From: Chiloscyllium plagiosum | Taxonomy: Eukaryota | Direction: 5' to 3' | Length of the DNA: 64,000 nucleotides | NCBI RefSeq assembly: GCF_004010195.1 | Contig: NC_057731.1 | Location: 43,616,623 to 43,680,622, forward strand | Shown: piece after piece, positions 25,201 through 34,200 of the stretch | Layout: each line of letters begins with the position of its first letter | Position numbering within the stretch: position 1 is the first letter of the stretch | Program-made: the position numbers and the translations under genes | Notes under the pieces: generated by a model | Seen by the model: the letters and a program-made list of their open reading frames with translations, nothing else | Told to the model about the DNA's origin: nothing | Database searches by the model: none

Positions 25201-28200
25201 CTCTCAAATTGCAGATTGAAGCTTATTGTATTATGGTCACTACTTCCCAATGGCTCCTTCACTTCGAGGTCCCTGACCAATTCTGGTTTGTTGCACAATA
25301 CCAGATCCAGAATTGCCTTCTCCCTGGTAGGCTCCAGCACCAGCTGTTCTAAGAATCCATCTCTGAAGATAGAGAGAGACTTCAGGACAACAGAGCCAGC
25401 TCGAGGAACAGTTTAACACAGAGATGTGAAGTGATTCATTTTGGGTGGAAGAACTTAGAGAAACAACAAAAACAGAACATGCAGAACTAAAGGGGTGCAG
25501 GAGCAGAGGAACCTTGGGATATACATGGATAGATTATTGAAGATGGCATACAGAATTCTGGGCTTTATAGATCAGAGTAAGAAAATTATGAAGAACATTT
25601 ATTAAGCACTGGCTTGCCCTCAGCTGGAGTACGTGTCCAGTCTGAGCAAGACACTTTAGGAAGGATAAGAAGGTTTTAAAAAGGGTTCAGAAAAGATACA
25701 TAGGAATGGTTTCAGGAACAAGGGACTTTGGTAACATGAGTGGACTGGGGAAGCATAAAGGTCAGGAGACCTGATAGAAGTTTTCAAAATGAATGAGGGC
25801 TCTTCACAGGAAAGCTAGGGAGAGACTGTTCCCATTGGTGGATGAATCGAGAACCATAGGTCACAGATTTGACGTAACTGAAAATAGAACAAAATGCAGC
25901 ACAAGGAAATAAACTCTTAAGTGCAGTGAGTGGTTATGATCTGGAATGCACAGCCTGAAAGTTTGGAGGATGCATGGTCAATGGCAGCTTTCATAAGGGA
26001 ATTGGATCATTATCTACAGAGAGAGATTTTAGAGCTCCAGGAAAAGGTGGAGGAGTGTGACTAGTTGAGATAGGCATCATGGGATAAAACGCCTCTTTCA
26101 GTGCTGCACCATTCAATGAAACATTCACTCCTACTAATTTTGGAATACTTTCCTTATTTTGCTGTATTGGGAGCTGGTTTTATTGATGGTTGACAGGAAA
26201 GGTTTGTGTCAGAAAGTGGCTCAGCCACTTTCAGTGATCAGTAAAAAAAAAGAGAAGATTCAAAATCAAAACTCAGAGCTAGGAAGTGTTCTTGAGGGTA
26301 ACAGAGTGGTTTGAAGTGAACTAAAATAATGTCAATCCATGGCTTGTATGAATAGTGGGGCATTCAGTTCAAATCAGATTGTTAGACCTGAGATAAACTC
26401 GGGATAATGAGCATACTCTTGAACAAGAAACTGGGGCCATTTGTGGGTGTGACTCAATGAACTCACGAAGCGCCCTCTATTTTTGTGACAGACATATTAT
26501 TGGTTCTGGAAATGTCAAACTTGAGGATGTTCTTCATTAAACTGTTTCCCTTGGATCAGATTAGTAAAGCTGGATCTGGGAATTCCAGACTATATCGATA
26601 TACTCACCATGCCAGCTTGCAGTGCTTCAGGAGACAATGCCTTGTTTACATCCTTCGGGTTAATGGAGAGTTTCAAGCTGTGGTAGTTGGAATTTGTCTT
26701 TCCGAGCTCGTACACAGCACATCGTATAACCATACCAGGGCTGTACAGATCTGACAGGACTACCAGATCCTGGGGTTTGTTGGGAATGAAACATACCAGA
26801 CCAGGGATGAGAAGCACAACATCAGAAAGGAGTGCAAATACACAAGCCAAAACTCAGCAGCACTTATAGATGTATGGTAGAAACAGTCTATTGATTATGC
26901 CTGGCCCAGTAAACATCACTAGTTACTTTTTGCTTACAATGATCATTTGCAATTTCAAAATCCCTCACTAATTTTTCCACAATGAAAGAAAGCTTTCTTG
27001 AAGCTTAACAAGAAATTACCTCAAAAGCCTCTAGAATCCCCTGTCACTACTGTACATCCCTCTGTAGAAATCATAGTATAGAAACAAGTCCATCTGCCAT
27101 CGGATCTGTATAAATCTTAGAGCCATAGAGTTATACACCTTGGAAACAGACCCTTCGTCCAACCAGTCCATGCTGACCATAATTCCAAACTAAACTAGTA
27201 CCATTTGCCTCTGCTTCATCCAAATCCTTCCAAATATTTCTTATCCATATAACCTCTCCCTCACATCTTCTCTACGTCCATCCTCCTGCAACCTTTCAGG
27301 ACTTTACAAATCTTTAACAAAAACAAACATTACTGGAGAAACTCAGCAGGTCTGGTAGAAGGTGTGGAGAGAAAGCAGAGTCAATGCTTTAGGTATAGTG
27401 ACCCTTGATAAGAACAGTTCTGCTGAAGGGTCACTGGACCCGAAACAATGACTCTGCTTTCTCTCCGCAGATCCTGCCGAACCTGCTGAATTTCTCCAAC
27501 AATTTCTGTTTTTGTTTCAGATTTCTAGCACCTTCAGATCTTTGTTTTATTTTTTAAAATTGTATCAGGTCCCCCTCATCCTTCTAAGAGAAAGTGAGGA
27601 CTGCAGATGATGGAGATCAGAGTTGAGAGTGTGGTGCTGGAAAAGCACAGGTCAGGCAGCATCCAAGGAGCAGGAGAATTGACACTTTGGGCATAAGCCC
27701 TTTATCAGGAATCTGATGGGACATTCCCCACTTGCTGGAATGGGTGCAGCTTCAGCAACACTCAAGAAGCTTGACACCATCCAGGTGATTGGCTCCTCAT
27801 CCACCATATTCAACATTCACTTCCTTGAGCACTGACACATAATGGCAGCAGTGTGTACCATCCCCAAGATAGAGTGCAACAATTCATCAACGCCTCTTTA
27901 CTAGTGTTAGAGCATAGAACAGTATAGCACAGGACAGGCCCTTCAGCTCTTGATGTTGTGCCAGCCTTTTATCCTACTCCAAGATCAGACTAACGTACAC
28001 ACCCTTCATTGTACTATTTTCCATGTGCCTATGGAAGAGTTGCTTAAATGAGTGGCAAATTCTGCAGCACAGATCTGAGTGCTATGGCTGGAATGTTGTT
28101 AAGGCCTATAATTCGCAGTATCTAGCGCCTCCAACCATTTCACGTGGAGTAAATCTGATTGGTTGGAGACCATGAGCCTGGGAACCTCAGGAAGAAGTCG

Positions 28201-31200
28201 ATTTTCCTGAAAATCCCAACTTCCAACCCAGTTTTTCAAATTAATTATTGAGGGTGCATCTATCTGCAGGAAGATGCTTTCATAAGTTACTGGCTGCTGC
28301 TTTTGTTCAGGTTTTGACATCTGGCAAGCAACTGGGCTCGACTCTCAATCTGTACACCAGCAACAGACACCCACAACACAAGGTGGGACTGAAAAGTGAG
28401 GGCAGCAGAATGATGAACAAGCACCTGTAGCCTTTACAGTTTTAGAGTTTACAACAATGTTGCAGATCATCATCTTTTGAGTCAGATGTTTGCCACCACT
28501 ATTAACCATAATGTTGTTAGGCCAGCCTCTGCGATAGTTTTGTTTTTATTTAAACCTGGAAGGCTTCCCCCACATCACCCAAGAAACAAAGATAATTCTG
28601 ACATAAGACGGGCTTGAAGTAGCCCAGATCCTGATCCCCAAAGCCCTGCATCACAACAGGATGTGGTGCACAAGAGGAAACCCACAGATACAATAAGAGA
28701 AGGATAACAGACTCACCTCTGACAGTTCCTCATCAATCTGTTCCCTTAGGGATTTGGTATATGCATCACAGATGTTGGTGAGACTGACATAACCAGTGAG
28801 CCCATGGGGCAACCCAATGACGAGTTCAAAATCAGTCACTTCCTTCACACAGCCAAGCAAGAGCACCCCAACATTCAGTTCCTGGTGGCAAAGGGAGGAA
28901 TAAATCAACCAACAACATTCAAATCAGACACAGCATTGTCATGGAGTTCACATGTAGAATCTGAAATAAATCAACTTGAGATCCTCAATGATCGCTGTGA
29001 ACCTGATGTTGGCATTTCTTTTACATTATATTTATTCACGTTCCTAGCTAGACCAACATTTATTGCCTATTCCTGACTTTCCACAGGGCAGTTATAAGTC
29101 AACCACTTTACTGTGGGTCTCGAGTCACATGTAGGCCAGACCAAGTAAGGATAGCCATTTCTCTCCATAAAGGACATTAGAGACCAGATGGCCACCGAGC
29201 AAAGTAGGTGAGGGTCACAACAAAATCTGCATTAAAAAGAGGGGAATGACAGTCAATCTCACTGACGTACATGTATAACACCTAAACACTCTGTTCTAAA
29301 GCACAGCAGGCAGAGGAAAATGAGAAAATTCAAGGTTAGGGCAGTGTCAGGAAACTTTATCACACACTTGAGGTTATAATATTAATGGTTTACATACAAG
29401 TCTACTGATTGAGACTGTAACCCAGTCATGAAACTTCTCTACTCTCAAAGAGATGCACACTAACAAAACAAATAGGTATTATGGACAGGGGGAAGGACCC
29501 AGGATAGTTGTTCAATAGCCCCTATTCACAGGGTTCACTGAGATAATCCTTTTGGTTTGTCACGACCAGCTACGTCTTGATTTTTAGTTGAAGTGTGAGG
29601 TGCTGGAAAAGTACAGCTGGTCAGGCAGCATCCGAGGAGCAGGAGAATCGACGTTTCAAGCACAAGCTCTTTATCAGGAATTCTTGCTCCTCGGATGCTG
29701 CCTGAACAGCTGTGCTTTCCCAGCACCTCACACTTCAACTCTGATCTCCAGCATCTGCAGTCCTCACTTTCACCTACTCCTTGATTTTAAGTCAGTTTTT
29801 TCTCCACAAACGCCACCAGACTTGAGTGTCCAGCTATTTCTGTTTTTGTTTGTTTCATATCTCTGGCATCCGCAATTCTTAGTTTTAGTTTATTACTCTT
29901 TGATCTTCCTTCTCATGGTATTTTCATTTACCTGCAGGAGGCGCAGAACAAATTATTCACAACTTATGAAGTATCTGATTTATTGCTTTGGAGCCGCAGC
30001 TCACAGCATCCGAAAAAGGAAAATAAACTGGCTTTCTACAGGCTTGATGTATTTTATTTACTGCAGAGAAAATGACAGTTTTTCCTTTTTGAAGGTTCAA
30101 TGGATTCTGCCTACTATTCACACCCATAAGGTGTTCAGCTATCTAGGAGTGAAACACAATTGTTAACTGACAGACGAGCTCGGTCATCGACACTCCACAC
30201 ACCAAATAACTACATCCAGTCAGCTGAATCTCCCTTCGTATATATGGCCAGGCTCCGCCTCGTCTACACTGCACTGCTATCACAAACAGTAGTGCAAACA
30301 GCCCTTACAACATGTGGCAGGGAACTCACTTTTACAAAGCGTAGCTATCCTTCAACAACGTTTGGCTTTTCTCAATTCAGTCCATAATCAAAAAATAAAA
30401 AGATATGGTCTTCATACAATTATGAGGGCCTGAAAACAGAGATGGCTGAAGTGAACTGGCAAGTTCAAGGACAGATCAACAGAGATACAGCGGAGGGATT
30501 CATCATCTGAGGGTAAATAAACAAGTTAAAAGGTATCGTCAACTGTAAAGACAAATCATAATTACACAAGGATGAGTGTCAGGATAGAAAATTGGACAGA
30601 ATATAAAACCACAGCAAAAAAAAACTGAAAGAAAAAATAAATGAGGAGGAAAAATTAGAGTATGAGAGAAAGCCATCCAGAAATATGAAGACAGTTAGTA
30701 GGTGCTCCCAAAGACATTGAAAAATGTTAACAATGTGAGCGCTGATCCTACAGAAAACAAATCTGGAGAAGTAATAACGTAAAAATATAGGAGATGTGGG
30801 GAAATGAACTGAGCAGGCATTTTGTATCTGTCTTTGCTATACTGAATACAAGTTACATGCCAGAAAAAGAAATATTCAGGAAATGGAAAGGAGGGAGGAA
30901 CGCAAGAAGTTAGATATTTAGCATGGAGGAAATGGTTACAAACTGCAGGCTGACAATTCCCAAGTCCTGACCTACTTCATCCTTGGGTCTTCTGAGTCGC
31001 TCACGACACAAATGGTGCAAAATCCCCTAAATTTGGTTAAGATTCTATTCGACTGGAAAATAGTGTAGTAACCCCTTTTCTAAAAAAAACGGGGTTAAAT
31101 GAAAGTGGGAAACCATAGGTCTGTTAACATGTTTCATAGGGAAAATGTTAGAAGTTAATGTTTATACACTCTATTAAAGGAAGAAAAAAAACTGGTCAAA

Positions 31201-34200
31201 AGGCAAAATGAACGGCACTTAAATTTGCACAGATTTCAAAACAAAATATGTGAATTAATGGCAAAAATGGAAGTTAATGGGTTTGAGCTACAAGAGATCA
31301 AAGCTGGAAATGAAATATTCAGTGACTTTTCATAATGACATGCAGGAAGGAAAGGATGTTGAGGTAGTGTCATTAGTACGAGATGTAGTGAGTACATAGC
31401 AAGAAATTATCTAGGATCAGATGGATCCACATTGGCAGAGATAAGAAATAAGGGAAAGATGGCACATTTGGGAATAATCTACAGACCTCTTAACAGAAAC
31501 TGTGATTTTGTTCAGTGGCATACTGAGAGACCGGCTCGCACTCCGTATTCATGTTTGCTTTTATGATCATTCTCGGTAGTGCAATGTTTAGTTACTAAGT
31601 TGAAAGTGAGGACTGCAGATGCTGGAGATCATTGCTGAAAAATGTGTTGCTGGAAAAGCGCAGCAGGTCAGGCAGCATCCAAAGAGCAGGAGAGTCAACG
31701 TTTCGGGCATAAGCCCTCCTTCAGGAATGAGGAAGGTGTGCCAAGCAGGCTAAGATAAAAGGTAGGGAGGAGGGACTTGGGGCAGGGGCGTTGGGAATGC
31801 GATAGGGTGGAAGGAAGTTAAGGTGAGGGTGATTGGCCAGAAAGGGGGTGGGGTGGAGAGGACGGGAAGAAGATTGCAGGTCAAGAAGGCGGTGCTGAGT
31901 CCGAGGGTTGNNNNNNNNNNNNCACAAGTAGGCGGCCTGTCTCCCCAATGTAGAGGAGGCCACATCGGGTGCAGCGGATACAGTAAATGATGTGTGTGGA
32001 GGTGCAGGTGAATTTGTGACGGATATGGAACGATCCCTTGGGGCCTTGGAGGGAAGTGAGAGGGAAGGTGTGGGCGCGAGTTTTGCATTTCTTGCGGTTG
32101 CAGGGGAAGGTGCCGGGAGTGGAGGTTGGGTTGGTGGGTGGTGTGGACCTAATGAGGGAGTCGCGGAGGGAGTGGTCTTTCTGGAACGCTGATAGGGGAG
32201 GAGAGGGAAATATATCCTTGGTGGCGGAAATTACGAAGGATGATACGATGTATCTGGAGGTTGGTGGGGTGGTAGGTGAGGACCAGTGGGTTCTGTCCTG
32301 GTGGCGAATGGAGGGGCGGGGTTCAAGTTCAGAGGAGCGGGAAGTGGAGGAGATGCGGTGGAGAGCATCGTCAACCACGTCTGAGGGGAAATTGCGGTCT
32401 TTGAAGAAGGACGCCATCTGGGTTGCTCGGTATTGGAATTGGTCCTCCTGGGAGCAGATGCGGTGGAGGCGAAGGAATTGGGAATAACGGATGGCATTTT
32501 TACAGGGACAAGGTGGGAGGAGGTGTAATCTAGGTAGCTGTGGGAGTCGGTCGGTTTATAGTAAATGTCCCCCACGCCCAAAATTCTATACAGTACTCCA
32601 GAAGAGGCCTACTAATGTCCTTTACTACCTCAACACCTATACTCAAAAGTCTGAGCAATGAAGGTAAGTGTGCTAAATGCCTTGTTATCCGCTGTGTGTG
32701 TGGCACAAACTTCAAAGAATTATGGACTTGAATTCTTAGGTCTCTCTGTGCTACCACACTACCCAAAGCCCTACTTTTAATTATACAAGTCCTGCCCTTG
32801 TTTGTTTCACTGAAATGCAATATCTTGCATTTAACCAAATTAAACTCCCTCTGCCACTCTTCAGCGCACTGACCCAGTTATCAAGATCTCTTCGTAATCT
32901 TAAATAACCTTCTTCACTGTGCAGTGTACCACCAATCTTGGGGTCATCTGCAAACCTACTAACCATGCATTCTCATCTAAATCATTGACACAAATGATAA
33001 ACAAAAGTGGACCCAGCACTGTGTTAATGATCATCACATACTCCTAGACCCAGCTGCATTTACGTACCTTGAGGGAGAGACACTGTGCCTTGATCCTTTG
33101 ATTTGTTTGTAATGTACCACCATTCTTTGTCTTCTGTTTCTTTGCTTCTACAGGGATCGATTTTTTCTTGTTTTTCTGTTTCTTTTTTACATTATCATGA
33201 TGCATCTGGAAGCAGAACAGGTACAGCATGTATGTGAGATATAAACTAAAGCTCCATTCAAACTGCCCCCATCAAACACTCATAGGATAGTACAGCATGG
33301 GGTTAGATAGAGAGTAAAGTTCCCTCCATACTGATCCCATCAAATATTCCCATACAGGTATAGCATGAGATTAGATACAGATAATAAGAAGTTAGCTAGA
33401 ATCATTAAAGTGGATAGCAAGAGTTTTTACACATTTTTTAAAAAAGAAAAGATTGAGTGTTGGTCCACTAGAAAGTGAGAATGGGAAGTTAACAGTCAAC
33501 AATGAGGAAATGACAGATGAAATGATTGAATATCTTAGATTAGATTAGATTACTTACAGTGTGGAAACAGGCCCTTCGGCCCAACAAGTCCACACTGACC
33601 CGCTGAAGCGTAACCCACCCTTCTGTCTTCACCAAATACTATACAAAAAATGTTCCACATTAGTAGTAAGTCAGAAAGGGAAGATGGTGGAAGAACTTAG
33701 AAAAATTACAATTACGAGGGAAGTAGTATTAAAACCAATGAAGCTGCAGCTGACAAGTTTTCAGGTCCTGATGGATTTCACCTTTGAACCTTAAAAGAGG
33801 TAGCTAATCAGCTACTGGATGCCTTGGTGTTAATTTTCCAAACTTCCCTCGATTCAAAAATGCAAACTGGCAAATGTAACTCATCTGTTTAACAGGAGAG
33901 GGAGTAAGAAAACAGGAAAGTATAGGCTAGTGATCTTGATGTCTGTCATGGAGAAAGTGTTGGAATCAATCATTAAAGCAATTATAGTTTCACACTCAGA
34001 AAATCTCTTGTTAATTGGGAAGAGCCAACATGGTGCTGTCAAAAGGAAATCATGTTTAACCAATTTATTGGAGTTATTTGAACAAGTACCACACGCCATA
34101 GATAAAGGAAATTCTGTAGACATGCTAGATTTGGAATTCCAGAACGCATTTCATAAGGTGTAAGGTCATAGAATCATACAGATGTACAGTACGGAAGCAG

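Noticed and set aside
29588-30166. 192-aa plus-strand ORF
   Set aside because: Begins inside a palindromic mini-element and continues through T-rich intron; no ATG start and no recognisable motif.
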